DNA from: Euprymna scolopes
Taxonomy: Eukaryota
Reading direction: 5' to 3' (one strand)
Length of the DNA stretch: 64,000 nucleotides
NCBI GenBank assembly: GCA_053919585.1
Contig: CM132783.1
In this document: positions 23,746 through 37,250 of the stretch, piece after piece
How positions within the stretch are numbered: position 1 is the first letter of the stretch
Layout of the letters: each line of letters opens with the position of its first letter
Notes under the pieces: generated by a model
Told to the model about the DNA's origin: nothing
Database searches by the model: none
What the model saw: only the letters and a program-made list of their open reading frames with translations
Translations under genes and position numbers: made by a program

Positions 23746-24713
23746 ACATGATAAGGGCTGTCCCCCTTTTCATGTAAGTATAAAAATAGGGAATTAGTTA
23801 AATGTAAAAATGAAATAGAATAGACGAAATTCGAACCTCGTAATTTAGGTTTAGAAATAGATTACGAGAGAGAATTAGAAAATGGAATGTAAAAACAAAC
23901 CATTGTTTAGAGATAAAATAGTTTTAAGAAAAGGAATGTGCATTTGTCAATTCTGTTATGAAATTGAATTGAGGGATGCAACTATAGGATAATTCAATAA
24001 ACATGTTTTTAACATATTGGAAATATAGGTTACTGGAAATATAGGTTAAAATTCCTTTTGTAAACAAAGGAAAATGTTTTGGACACGCATTTACAGAACA
24101 CGTGAAAGAAGACACATGTTTTAACATGTGTATGACGTCATGGAAAATGGGAAGTTCTCGATATAGTTAGAAACTTTAGAGTTAAGCAGAGAGAGTCTGA
24201 GGACGACAGACGACAGTCTGGAGTGCAAAGATGGACAGTCGAACGTCTGGAAGCGAGACGGTCACCTTTGAAAAATAGAATGTAAAACTTTGAATTCCTG
24301 ACTAAGAAACCCACCGACCGGTCCATGGAAATAAAAGTGTCATGTGTTTCTATAAACGTCGTCTTTGTGTTGTAATTCTACCAAAAGGTAAAGTGAAATT
24401 GTCATTATATGTCTTATATATCCTGTGTTTTAAAATGTCTTCACATACACAATGTCTCTACATCTCATATCTACAATGTGAACACTAAGACTGTCTCAAC
24501 ACTGTCTCCTCACTCTAAGAGCTTCTACTACACTTCTAAGTATGAACATTTTATATACATGAATCTCTTCATAACACGAACACAGAACGCAACATCTCTC
24601 TTAATAAGACTCTCTAAGACTCACTTTTAATAAGACTTCCTAACAACGAACAATAACAACAAGAATAATAACAACAATAATAATAATAATAACAACAACA
24701 ACAAAATATAACA
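23742..24713. mobile_element. Solo LTR inserted in a (TA)n tract
   Basis: Termini TGTTACAT...ATATAACA (imperfect inverted repeat), TATA on both flanks, internal AATAAA at ~24330; architecture like 55054-55764. Confidence 0.6.
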
Positions 24714-25379
24714 TATATGTTATATAAATAATGATTATGAAGTTGAAATATTTTAAGCCAGGCCAGCATAAAGAAAACAATTAGTATAACTTGAGAATTT
24801 CAGGGTAAATTTTAGAATACAGAGGTTTATTTATGTATGTTTTTGCATGCATTTCCTAAGAAAATATCAATCAGCTTGTGGAAGGCAATGGTTAAGAATG
24901 AATTTCTAATTTTGAAGTATGAAAAAGACTTGTGTATGCATGGTATGAGAGAGTAAATTTAACTTTTGTCTCTTTCTCACTTTCCGAATTTTTGTATACT
25001 GCTGACTCCGTGTCGACAGACTTACTTTCTTGACAATAAGATGGGACTCCCAGCGTGATACCTTTTTCCCCACAAAGTAAGTTGTACTCTATTTTACATG
25101 CCGAATACATTCTCCGTGTTTACCTCAGCAACAGATGTTTATTATTGATTGTGTTTAGAGACTTAAAATTTAGACTTTTAAGTACGAATTAGGTTTATTC
25201 ATCTCTCTTTTATGTATAATGTATTACATTCTTCTCTTGTGTCGGTAAAAAACATTCGGCAAAAATTTATTTTTTTATTCAGTCGTTTCTTCTTCATCGT
25301 CTTTATTACTGTTTATTTTCGACTCTCGTATGTATGCAAGAAAATACTTATCTAATATGGCAATCAATTCACCAAAGAG

Positions 25380-26320
25380 CTGCTTCCAAGCTGACTACAA
25401 GTTGAATGTTTACAAATTCATCTTCAGCCACCCCCTTAAATAATCAAATTCTGCCCAGATCCAACCATGGTTTGCAATCCTCAAGATGTTTGTCTCACTA
25501 TTCACCTGATACAAACCCATTAACCATTGTCCTCGAGTGGCCTTATACCCTTGATGAGCACTGGCTTATTAGTGAAAAAGAAAATTTTGTAGCCTATACG
25601 TGTTGTTATCATATTTGGGCTGGTGAATCTCTATACTATTAGAGGGTTCTTGTTAAGGTGCAGTAACGTATCTGTGATTTGATAAGCGTTTCTTCTTTGC
25701 AACCCGTTTCTCACAGACGTGATGTTGCTAGTCTCAGTCTTTTCCATAAATACTATTATGGTATATGTTCTTCAGAATGGTCTGATCTTATAACCTGCTT
25801 GATTCGTTGGTCTAGTGATCTTCATCAGATCACTATTTAGATACCTCATTGTAATACCATTTCTTATTCCAGTAGCTTCTTTCCAAGAACCGCAAGCTTG
25901 TGGAACTCATAGGCGATTACATAATTAGTAGCCTGAATTCATTTGAGGTTTTTGTTTTGGTGAGCAAAAGTTGAAAGTCAGTCACCAAATTCCTGTGTGC
26001 GCACAAGAAAGCTGTCATTAAATTTTTATAAATTAAGGTGGTGTCATTCTTCTGAGCAACTTATAACCTTGGTCTTTTCAAGACTTAGGTCAATAGGCAT
26101 CTTTTGTCTTTGTAATAATCATCTTTTGATCTTGTTAGCTCCTCACATAAAGTCGGAAGCGATTTGCATAAAAAAAACAGCAATTATTATCATTATTATA
26201 AGTAGTAGTAGAATATTTTAATTTTCTACTCAACTATCTCCATCATCCATCGAATAATCATTTACCTTTATACTCGAGTAACTTTTGGCCTTGGTTAGCA
26301 GTGTCTCATTAGTATAAAAA
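25380..26320 (+). mobile_element. Cluster of CR1-group 3' fragments (families B and C)
   Basis: YCCHIWAG-like, HRRDVASLSLF and FFPRTASLWNS remnants, plus both family tails. Confidence 0.75.
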
Positions 26321-27299
26321 GAATAATAAAAAAATAATGGAACAAGATGTGGACAAGACGTCAATAATGTAAATAACAATTCTTTATTGAATCTGAGAGA
26401 AAAATATTTTAAATGAAAAAAAAAAAAGAGCCTGCATTAAGGTTTCATTTATTTTGAATTGCACTCGAAGATAACACGAAAAAAAGAGAGAACAATAAAT
26501 GTGCCTTGGTTTCTTAGGAGAAACTCGTGAGCATGATTCGATGATTTCTTTCGAACAATTATTCCTAATCATTGAATCATATGAAATTTGCACATGATGC
26601 GATTTGCAGATTTTTTTTTCTTTTACCAAAGAAAACAACATGAGAATTTAGAAACCAGAGAAAGAAAACAAAACAAAACAAAACAAAAAAACTAAAAATA
26701 AAAGAATCAGGTCTTTGGAATTGGAAAAAAATAAAAATAAAAAAAGGCTTGGAACTAGTAAAAGAAAATTGTTTTGTTTTTTAAATTGGCTTCAAAAATG
26801 CACATTTGAATGAACGATTCCTCATACCAATTCATCCACGTGCAAAATTTCCAACCAAAGAACTCTTGTGAAATTAATTACATCATATGTGTTTTTTTAT
26901 GTTTTATTAAACCTTTGTAACTAGCTGAAGTACGCGTAATCAATGTAAATACCAACACCACCTCATTATAGAATGGAGGAAAGTACAGCACTTATCCCTG
27001 GCCCACAAAATCAACAGAGATTAGACCATTCCTGTAATAATCAGATCCATGTTGATTTTGTGGTGGGAGTTTAGTTCTGTGCTTTTCTAGAATGTCCACC
27101 CTCCCAGACTTGGCCTTCTCTTTTTGAAAAAGACTTAGTTTATTGCAAATAGCCTGAGGAATGCCGACGGGGCTGCTGAGGCACTTTTTGCACACATTCC
27201 GACCCTGGTGTCTAAGTTCTTGCAGTGGGAGAGAACTGAAACCCTACATATATATATACTCATTAATACACACACGTATTATATATTTGTCTATATACT

Positions 27300-27512
27300 T
27301 TTATTTACTTGCCTCCCCACGAGGGCAGAGTTAGACACAAGGTTAGTTTTCAATGTCAGAAAACCCAGCTCCTCAAAAAGGGTCACTCTGGATCGAAGCA
27401 AAAATAAAAATTGTCTCAGTCAAGAAGGATTTCTTCTCCACTGATCGAGGGCAGAAAAAGTGAAGTGTAGTATCAGACAGATACTACACCTTGTTCCCAG
27501 CTGAAAGGCTAA
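27300..27512 (-). mobile_element. U2 snRNA-headed SINE-like element, copy 2
   Basis: Collinear with 3992-4201. Head gcctttcagctgggaacaaggtgtagtatctgt-ct; tail accttgtgtctaactctgccctcgtggggaggcaagtaaataaa. Confidence 0.8.
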
Positions 27513-29024
27513 GCTGCAGTACGGAATCACTAACTGGGTGCCCTGTGATTGAATGAAAAATGACCAATTACAGGCTTCCTCTTTTTAGAGTTTCAGCAAA
27601 CCCTAGAAAAGCGAGTTTTACAAACGCCATTCCTCTTTTGCTCATGCGAACTCCCAGCGTCAACACGTTCTCGTCTGTTCTCTCCGTCATCTAAACACCA
27701 GAACACGTTTATAGTTTTCATACAGCAACTGCAGCACCCAACTCAAGGCTCTATTTCTTCAACCCAGTCAAAAGGACACAAGAAATATAAAACTGTTAAA
27801 CGGACTGTTTGCAAGCACCTTTCTTTTTTTTTTCCAGATTTTCTGTGTAAATACAATTTTCATAACATTTACAACTGTGTTGTGTTTCTTTCTTATTGCT
27901 AGTATCACTATATTTTGTTACCAAATATAATTGGGAAAAATCACAAAAAATTTGCAAACAACCATTTTACACTAAGAAAGTTAAAACCATGTGAAATAAT
28001 TTAACACGAAATTGATTGGTGTAAATAGTGTCGTTTGAGGAACGGGCATACGGACCCATTTTGATCTTTAATATATATATTTACTAGATTTGTGGAGATT
28101 TCGTTCATCCTTTTTGTTTTTGATTTGTTTGTGTATGTATTCGCTCAGAAAAATGAATGATTATAAGCAGATAAAGGGGGTGATAGCCTTACTTTTTTTT
28201 ATAGGGATTCGTTTAAAAGGAAAATTACTTCTGCCTTAAAATTAATCTCAGCAGAAGCATCCTTAAATGATACTGGTTTTAAAAAACAAGTTTTATAAAT
28301 AGATGGTTGATGGAGGTCGACACAATGAAAACAAAAAAATATGTGAAGTTTGTGAAAAGGCCGATATTAATTTAGAAAAGAGCATTATGTTGGAAGACGA
28401 ACAGTGAGAAGCAGAGTTCGTTTACAACATATTAAAAAGGCTCACAGGACTGGAAGAGAATATTTCTAGTTCCAATAATGAATTCGTCCAAGTGAAAATC
28501 CACAAGTGCCTCTCGCAGCCTTGTGCGTTTCAATCCCACAGTAGCGGTGTGTTTAATTCAGTGGGATACAAACTGGTAAATTTCAATTTAAACATGTTCT
28601 GGTTCAATTTGAAATCTGTGTGGACACTGTACACTGGAAAAAACAAAACAAAAAAAACAAAACAAACGTCCCAGTTAGATTTTAATCTTTCGTTAGAAGA
28701 TGAAAACTTTGAAGTGGCCATCAATATATTGAAAAAGGATTTTTTGGATATTAGTCTCATTATTGACGAAATTCTTAGCAATTGCTAGGCACCAGCCGTA
28801 AATATAACTCGGAGTTTATTAAAACAAAAAGTTTTTGTCAAAAATTAAAGTTAATCTATCCGGATTAAAAACTGTATAAGTTGATATTTTTACAACAAAC
28901 ATGCAAGGCTCTGAACTAATTAGCCATATAATATTTTTCAAAATTATCCCCAACTCTTTAAAAAGAATTAATTCGTATAAAGTTGAGAATAACTACCCGA
29001 AGATCAATTAGAGTTTTGATTTTG

Positions 29025-30955
29025 AAAAATGCAAGAGAGCTATATGCTCAGGCTGTTAAATCCAAAGCAGCTGAGCAGCGGCTTGGTTCTCACCAGTTTT
29101 GGTAAATAGCAAACAGGATCCTGAACAGAAGCGTGCGTTCTATCCCAACTATAATCAATGGACCTGAAGTCATCTCGTCAGCATCAGACAAGGCCAAACT
29201 ATTTGCCAAGAACTTTGCAGCTAATTCTACCCCATGCGACGAAGGCCATCAACTCCCCATATTTCCTCCTATAACAGACAACACGCTATGCAACATACAA
29301 ATATCTGTGCGTAAGGTCGCCAAGCTAATCAAGAACCTTGATTCCAGTAAAGCAATTGGCCCTGACGGCATAGCAATTATAGTGTTGCAAAAGCTTCAAC
29401 CAGAACTTGCTCCCATACTTACAAAACTGTTTAAGCGTTGCCTTAAGGAGAAGTGCTTTCCAACACCCTGGAAAACCCCATCAGTATGCCCTGTATTTAA
29501 GAATTCAGGTGATAAGTCCTCTCCCTCTCAGTACAGAGCAATGTCTCCTGTGTGTCATGAGTAAGCTGCTGGAATCCATATTAAATAGAGAAATAGTCAA
29601 CCACCTCAGCGGAAATAACCTTCTTAGTGAGATGCAATATGGTTTCCGATCTGCTAGATCTACAGTAGATGTGCAAACGGTTATATCTCATAGGATTAGT
29701 GAATCTCTTGACAAAGGCTTCCTTTCTAGAGCAATTGCTCTTGACATATCAAAGGCCTTCGATAAGGTATGGCATAAGGGCCTACTACACAAGATTTCTA
29801 GCTACCGTATAATTAGAAATGTTTCCTCAATTATTAAATAATTTCTCTCTGATAGGCTCATAAGAGTAGTGGTTGATGGGCAGAAGAGGCCCACAGTATT
29901 AATGCTGGAGTCCCTCAGGGGTCCATCTTGGGCCCAACTCTCTTCCTGATCTACATCAATGATATCCCAAAACATACTTAAATCATTCGTTGACATCTAT
30001 GCCGATGACACGACCATCTATGGCAACACATCAAAGGCCAAAAATGACAACGTTCTCTCTGATTCTCTCTCCTCTGATCTTAAGTGCATGGTACAATGGG
30101 GGAAGAAGTGGCTGGTTACTTTTAATGCATCTAAAACCAAGCTCCTATCTTTACATCATCAACGCTCTGATCCCCATCTGGCATCAATTGAAATGGATGG
30201 CTCTCGTCTTGGGGAGGCTCCATGTTTTGACAAGGTTCTGGGTTTGACCTTTTCTCCTGATCTGAAATGGAACATGTACATCAAGTCTCTTGCCAAGGTC
30301 GCTGGGAAAATGGTGGGATCCTTCTACCACTCCAGAAGACATCTCACTACTGATGCAATTCTCTATCTATATAAAAGTCAAGTACGTCCAGATGGAGTAC
30401 TGCTGCCACATCTGGGCAGGAGCTGCTAACAACAGCCTATCCTGCCTTGCCAGAGTACAAAATAGACTTCGTGGCTTAGTGGGGGATGCCCTTTTCTCTT
30501 CCCTGCAACCTCTCTCCCACAGAAAAGACGTTGTGAGCCTGTCTTTATTTTATTGTTATTTCCATGGGAAGTGCTCGTCTCAGCTCCAATCTCTGGTCCC
30601 TCCCCCTCGCCAATCTTTCACAATAAACACCCGTCTAGCTCAAACCACTGTCATTAATTTTCCCCACTCTTTATCTGTGCCTAAATCAAAGCGTAGATTC
30701 CATGAACAAAGCTTCTTTCTTAGAAGTGCTCGCCCATGGAACTCTCTTCCATTTGCCTGTTTCCCACCTGACTACAACTTGGATGTCTTCAAGTCCAACA
30801 TAAACAAATTCCTGATGAACCGCCCCCCCCCTTAAGTAAGACACTTTATCAAATCTCCAATACTAACGATTACTACCATACCATCCCATTGATTATTGTA
30901 CACGCAATAATCCTTATCCCCAAATGGCTTCCAGGCCTTGATAACTGGCGACCTC
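29025..30955 (+). mobile_element. CR1-group LINE family B, 5'-truncated, frameshifted RT
   Basis: ORF pieces 29133-30835 carry QYGFR, LDISKAFDKV, YADD and YCCHIW; the family B 3' UTR follows. Confidence 0.93.
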
Positions 30956-32025
30956 CTAATTCCCACCAAGATAATGGCAAGTTGCAAGAAGGGAATCATA
31001 ATAAAAGCAATAATGGTAAAGAATGTTCCAATATTGGAAAACTTTGCAATAAAATCTACCAAAATTACTAGGCATTGTGGATTTTGCAACATTGATGGGC
31101 ATATCATGAATCGTTGTTCAAAATATTCCTCCCTTGATTCGAGACATATGGGCTTATGTCTTGTGTGTACAAGTGTTGGTCACAGAACTGAAGACTGTTA
31201 AAGTAAAGGGAATAAATTACCTTAAAAGTGTGCAAATTGAAAATCCCGGGGCCACGTTACCTCCTCCCCCCTTGTGATAAAGCAAGTAAGTGTGGAAGCA
31301 GTTGAACTGCTTCCATGCACGTGTGTACTAACACTGGCACACATGAACAATCGTATATTTTACCGATAGTGGCAATTATTATTTCAAAAGGGAAACGAAA
31401 ATATAAATTAAACTGTCTCTTTGATACAGGCAGTTAAAGGACTTATTTCTTCAATAAAGTTATTAAAAAATTAGGCTATTATAGACATTTATTCACTCTA
31501 GTTGAATATAATGTTAAAACCTTTTTAGGCTCTAAAAAGAAAATTAAATCAGGTTGTAGTGAGGACTGAAGTAAATTAGGGAAATTCTTTATCTCTACCT
31601 GTTCGTATCGATGATGAATTTGATATGAACTTAAGATTCAATAACTTTAAACCTGTTGAGAACAATTTACTTAAATTATAAACTGGCCTTTTGTGCACAG
31701 GACGAACGATATTCATGTACATGTTTTTTAGAAATTGATGTGATTCAAGAAAAACATCAAAATGGTGGACTGCATGAAGGGCTCTGCTTTGTACTTTCTT
31801 ACAGACATACCCCCGTTAGGCACTTGCCAACATTTTTTATATGAAAATCAATGTACCCCTAAAAAGATACAGAATAAAAATGTTCAACACAATTATGCCA
31901 TAGTGACTAAATATTCTACATACTCAAACACTAGAGCAAATTTATCTCTTTACACTGACCCCTTTGCCTAAATTTAAAGAAAATGTTTGATGTGGATTCT
32001 CTGGGTATATCACCAGAAGATATGT

Positions 32026-32522
32026 GATTTTTTTTTTTTTTTTTTTACACAGTGATCACCACTTATCAAGGCCCGGAAGCCACTCAGGGATAAGGGTTAT
32101 TGCAAGTACATTACGTTAGTGTGGAGATTTGATGAAGTGTTTACTTAAAGGGGCGGTTCATTAGGAATTTGTTAACATTGGACTTGAAGCCATCCAAGTT
32201 GTAGTCCGGTGGGAAGCAGGCAGACGGAACAGAGTTCCACAGGCGTGCAGTTCTAAGAAAGAAGCTTTGTTCATGGAATCCACGTTTTGATTTAGGCACA
32301 GATATAGAGTGGGGGAAATTTTTCACAGTGGATTCAGCTAGACGGGTGTTTTTCGTGAAAGATTGGCGAGGGGGGACCAGAGATTGGAGTTCAGACAAGC
32401 ACCTGCCATGGAAATAACGATAGGCTCACAACGTCTCTTCTGTGGGAGAGAGGTTGCAGGGTAGAGAAAAGGGCATCCCCCACTAAGCCACAAAGTCTAT
32501 TTTGTACTCTGTCAAGGCAAGG
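32026..32522 (-). mobile_element. CR1-group family B 3' fragment with poly(A)
   Basis: Near-identical to 30440-30950 in reverse; T-run at 32026-32045. Confidence 0.92.
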
Positions 32523-32779
32523 ATTATGATAAAAATAACATTATGGAATTTGAAGAATCCATTAAATGCAAAAATAACACTTATGTTAAGCTTCCCTGGC
32601 ATGAGGACAAAATAAAGTTTATGCCTTCCAATCACAGAGTTGCTCTTTCAGCGCTAAACAGTACATGACAAGCTCAAGCAACAACAATTAGATCGTGAGG
32701 AACTTAAAACCGTAATGATAAAAGATAGAACATGGCTATCAATTAGAGAAGGTTTTAGGATATAAATATTCCATATTTT

Positions 32780-32960
32780 TTTATTTTTTTTACACAGGCA
32801 TTACCACATTATCAAGGCCAAGAGGCCACTCGAGGATAAGGGTTAAAGAGTGTGCAGTAGAAATTGGGCAATATAGTAATCGTTAGTAATGGAAATTCGG
32901 TAAATTTGTTAACTTATACGGAACAGCTCATCAAGAACTTGTTTACGTTAGACTTGAATG
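32780..32960 (-). mobile_element. CR1-group family B 3' UTR fragment
   Basis: Family B terminal motif plus T-run. Confidence 0.85.
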
Positions 32961-33750
32961 CACTTGTAACCTGTCATTATTTAGTGACATAAAAAGAACT
33001 GTGCATAGTTTATTCATACTGGCTTTGCTTGGACCCTATGTACTCTTCGTAACTTTATGTGCATATGTTAAATGTATTAAAAAGTTTGACTCATGTCCAA
33101 GTAACCTACACCTAAAATTTCCAGTGTTTAGACCCAAAATTGGCAGAGGAGTTTGATAGAGCCTGAACTTTGACCCCTTGACAGCCAAATTTCTGACCGA
33201 AAAACTGTTTAAAAATTTTTCCCAAATCTCAATAACCCTTATGTCAAATCTTGACTCTGTAGTACTTAAATTTGACAGTTCTGTAGGGATATGTACACGG
33301 ACAAACAATTTCACTTTTATAGATAAATAGATTATGAGACATTGATACACATTATATACTCCAGTATGCAATAAAAAGTTTAAGAAGAAGTAATGCCTTT
33401 CATTTGTAATGATTAAGGACAAGGAAGGATTAAGCCCTTCACAAGGCTTAAGCATTTAAGATTTTTGTGCCCACGTGGTTAATTCAAATTATAAACAAAA
33501 ACCTCACATAAAACATCCATCAAAATTAAACAAAAATATCCCTCGCCCCTATAAAAACAAAAAAAGACAATATTCATTTTGTATAATTTACTTATGCTTT
33601 AAAAATTTCCTTCCGTTTTAAATTCTATTCTCAAAACAGATATTTCTAACTCACTTCAGAAATGAATTTCTTAAAGTCATCCCAAGCATGTTCATTGCAT
33701 GTATTTAAACACAAATACTTGCAACATCTTATAAAAAGAACTTTGTGTAC

Positions 33751-34049
33751 TTAATAGTAACTTCCGTCAGTCTTGGCACACTATGGATACCCACTCTAAG
33801 GATGCCGACGCATAGAATTTTTGGGGCAAAAATTGTGCAATCACCACCCAAACCTCTTCTGAGTTGGCGTTGTTAAATACAAGTAGCAAGTGGAGGTTCA
33901 AGACAACTGGAAACAATGCCGAGATAAGCAGAGAGCACATATAGTGCCTAGAATCACCAAATGGTTACCCATTACTAGCCAGGCTCAACGTTGCTTAACT
34001 TTGGTGATCTGATGAGAAATTGGTGTTTTAATGCATTATTATGCCGTAT
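33751..34049 (-). mobile_element. 5S rRNA-derived SINE3 family A, full length
   Basis: 5S head and body collinear with 14085-14386. Confidence 0.85.
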
Positions 34050-34181
34050 ATAATACATTATGTATTTTATACACATATTATAAGAAACGCATTGATACAC
34101 TTTATATGTACATTCTTTACTCCAGTATGTAACAACGTGATTTTTGTTATCTTCAATTTTGATAGAGTCCATATTTATATA

Positions 34182-34258
34182 CAGGGTGTTTCAAAAGTCT
34201 TGGGAACATTACAAGTTATTAAAAATCGTTATGTTCCCAAAACTTTTGAAACACTCTG
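34182..34258. mobile_element. 77-bp Tc1/mariner-type MITE
   Basis: 28-bp TIRs cagggtgtttcaaaagtcttgggaacat / atgttcccaaaacttttgaaacactctg with a TA TSD. Confidence 0.9.
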
Positions 34259-34421
34259 TATTTATATACCCCACTGAAATTAATTTGAAAGGAAATCACC
34301 CACTTTTAAATAAAAAGTCAAAAACAAGTGTTTTTTGCCCCTTCACGTCATCAAAATGATGGTAATAATTTACTTATTAAAAATGAAATTACTGACATAC
34401 TTTTATCATTTTATGTAAATA

Positions 34422-34692
34422 CTAGCAGGGTGGCCGACGTTGCCCGGGATTGAATGATGATCAATAAATGTTTTATACTCCCATATTTTTATTGTCATCG
34501 AAATCGATCAAATCGCCCATTTTTTAATCAAATTGATAATCAAAATTTCCTCATCTAGTTGAAGACCAATCGCAGTGCACTTGAAAGAAGCTCCACATGC
34601 CTCTCGCAGTGACTTAGTCTACAATACAGTGTAGTCTACATTGCATTATAGAGAACCTATTGTTGATTTTATAACATTATTTATATATATAA
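34422..34692 (-). mobile_element. Short non-autonomous Helitron (H1 of the stack)
   Basis: 3' hairpin cccgggcaacgtcgg + CTAG; TATATATATAAA head at the other end. Confidence 0.7.
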
Positions 34693-34823
34693 CTAGGAAG
34701 GGTGCTTGGCGTTGCCTGAGTGTTTAGGTGATGTCCTAAGGAACCCGGAGGGGGGGGGGGTTAAAAACAACAGTAGCGGAGGTGTTCTGGTGTGTATAGA
34801 TGATGTAGTAAGGAACCCCGAAA

Positions 34824-35999
34824 AAAAAAAAAAGTGGTAGTAGGGGGGATCAAAACACTAGTAGGCAAAGGTGTTAAAAAAAAAGTGGTAGTAGGGGGGA
34901 TCAAAACACTAGTAGGCAAAGGTGTTAAAAAAAAAAGTGGTAGTAGGGGGATCAAAACACTAGTAGGCAAAGGTGTTAAAAAAAAAGTGGTAGTAGGGGG
35001 GATCAAAACACTAGTAGGCAAAGGTGTTTAAAAAAAAAGTGGTAGTAGGGGGATCAAAACACTAGTAGGCAAAGGTGTTCAAAAAAAGTGGTAGTAGGGG
35101 GGATCAAAACACTAGTAGGCAAAGGTGTTTAAAAAAAAAGTGGTAGTAGGGGGATCAAAACACTAGTAGGCAAAGGTGTTAAAAAAAAAAGTGGTAGTAG
35201 GGGGGATCAAAACACTAGTAGGCAAAGGTGTTTAAAAAAAAGTGGTAGTAGGGGGATCAAAACACTAGTAGGCAAAGGTGTTCAAAAAAAGTGGTAGTAG
35301 GGGGGATCAAAACACTAGTAGGCAAAGGTGTTAACAAAAAAAGTGGTAGTAGGGGGATCAAAACACTAGTAGGCAAAGGTGTTAAAAAAAAAAGTGGTAG
35401 TAGGGGGATCAAAACACTAGTAGGCAAAGGTGTTTAAAAAAAGTGGTAGTAGGGGGGATCAAAACACTAGTAGGCAAAGGTGTTTAAAAAAAAGTGGTAG
35501 TAGGGGGATCAAAACACTAGTAGGCAAAGGTGTTCAAAAAAAGTGGTAGTAGGGGGGATCAAAACACTAGTAGGCAAAGGTGTTAACAAAAAAAGTGGTA
35601 GTAGGGGGATCAAAACACTAGTAGGCAAAGGTGTTTAAAAAAAGTGGTAGTAGGGGGATCAAAACACTAGTAGGCAAAGGTGTTCAAAAAAAGTGGTAGT
35701 AGGGGGGATCAAAACACTAGTAGGCAAAGGTGTTAACAAAAAAAGTGGTAGTAGGGGGATCAAAACACTAGTAGGCAAAGGTGTTTAAAAAAAGTGGTAT
35801 TAGGGGGATCAAAACACTAGTAGGCAAAGGTGTTCAAAAAAAGTGGTAGTAGGGGGGATCAAAACACTAGTAGGCAAAGGTTTTAAAAAAAAAGTGGTAG
35901 TAGGGGGGGATCAAAACACTAGTAGGCAAAAGTGTTAACAAAAAAAGTGGTAGTAGGGGGGATCAAAACACTAGTAGGCAAAGGTGTTAAAAAAAAAAA
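34824..35999. repeat. ~51-bp minisatellite, about 23 units
   Basis: Unit gtggtagta(g)5-7atcaaaacactagtaggcaaaggtgtt(a)n; variation is almost confined to the homopolymers and the junction. Confidence 0.97.
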
Positions 36000-36192
36000 C
36001 GCGCGTTCACTCGTGGTGTTACAATTTATATTATTAACGTATTTTAACAAACTGAAAATATGGATATAAAAAAATGATTTTGCATGTTATTTTTGTTATG
36101 TGGTGAAATAATCTTAAATAAGAAACATGATTTTTTCTTTAGGTTAATTATTTTTTTTACTGAGCAATACTTCATGAATTTATTAATGTTTT

Positions 36193-36575
36193 AAAAAAAT
36201 GGTTAAATATGAAGAATAACTCCACCTTCGAGAATTCCTTTAAAATTACTACTTTTATAAGTTTTCGGGTGCGCTGAAAACGAAAATAACATTTAAAATT
36301 AAGGCAAATATATTTTTAAAAAGAAAAAAACTACTTGTTTCCTGGAATTTTAAAGGATTTTCCGAGGGTAAATAGTGGCCACAAAGTGGATGGTCAGTTT
36401 ACGTTAATTTATAGAAAAGTGATCCCCCACTTTTTTAACTAACATTTCTTGGAAACTACTCGTTTGCCTTAATTTTAAATGTTATTTTCGTTTACAGCGA
36501 CCTCAAAAATCTATAAAATTAGGAATTATAAAGGAATTTTCCAAGGTGAAGTAATTCTTCATATTTACCAAAAAC
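36193..36575. repeat. Diverged inverted repeat, arms about 140 bp
   Basis: For example aacgaaaataacatttaaaattaaggcaaa (~36279) versus tttgccttaattttaaatgttattttcgtt (~36463). Confidence 0.8.
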
Positions 36576-37059
36576 TGTTTATGACTATTTTAGTCAACAA
36601 CAACAAAAAAAAGTTCATTAATAATTATTTTTCTATCTTATCGTTTTTTTTTGTCATGTAATTTTGGGTTTGTATTACTGTACACATAGATTCGAAAAAG
36701 TTGTCAAAAAACAAATATATAACAAATAAATGTTATCAAAGGCAAGATAAGTTACTTTTCTACCAAACTGGATATATTTTTCGTGTTTTTATTCAATGTA
36801 ACATGTTGACTCGTGTGATGAGGGTCACCCTATACAACAAATTGAAAAAATGCTCATATGGAGTTCTTCGAATTCCCTCATAAATAATTTTTGTCGCAAG
36901 GAGAATGACAACATTAATAAAAAAAAAATTTCAGAAAAATTCAAACTTTTAATTAAATTCCACAATGGATTTTTATAATGTCTGATGTATTTAATATTTG
37001 AAATATTTCTGCATTAGTAACTTTGTTTATACTAACATTATTTGTTTGATTTTAATTTT

Positions 37060-37250
37060 AACTTATCGTTTGTTCTTCAGTTAAACTAATTTATTGTTCG
37101 TTTTTCAGTTAAACTAATTTATCGTTCGTTTTTCAGTTAAACTAATTCATCGTTCGTTTTTCAGTTAAACTAATTCATCGTTCGTTTTTCAGTTAAACTA
37201 ATTCATCGTTCGTTTTTCAGTTAAACTAATTCATCGTTCGTTTTTCAGTT
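37060..37250. repeat. 28-bp tandem repeat, about 7 units
   Basis: Unit atcgttcgtttttcagttaaactaattc. Confidence 0.95.

Larger units (their letters stand above)
28150..32720 (+). mobile_element. BEL/Pao LTR retrotransposon gag-protease remnant, interrupted by two CR1 copies
   Basis: Gag-like NFEVAINILK; CCHC knuckles CGFCNIDGHIMNRC and CLVCTSVGHRTEDC; protease LFDTGS at ~31420; pre-RT VKLPW...PSNHRVA at ~32585. Confidence 0.8.

Noticed and set aside
34824-35999. 51-bp array as a CRISPR array or as repeat-protein ORFs (34761-35021, 34834-35031)
   Set aside because: No unique spacers and no cas genes; homopolymer length changes break the frames.
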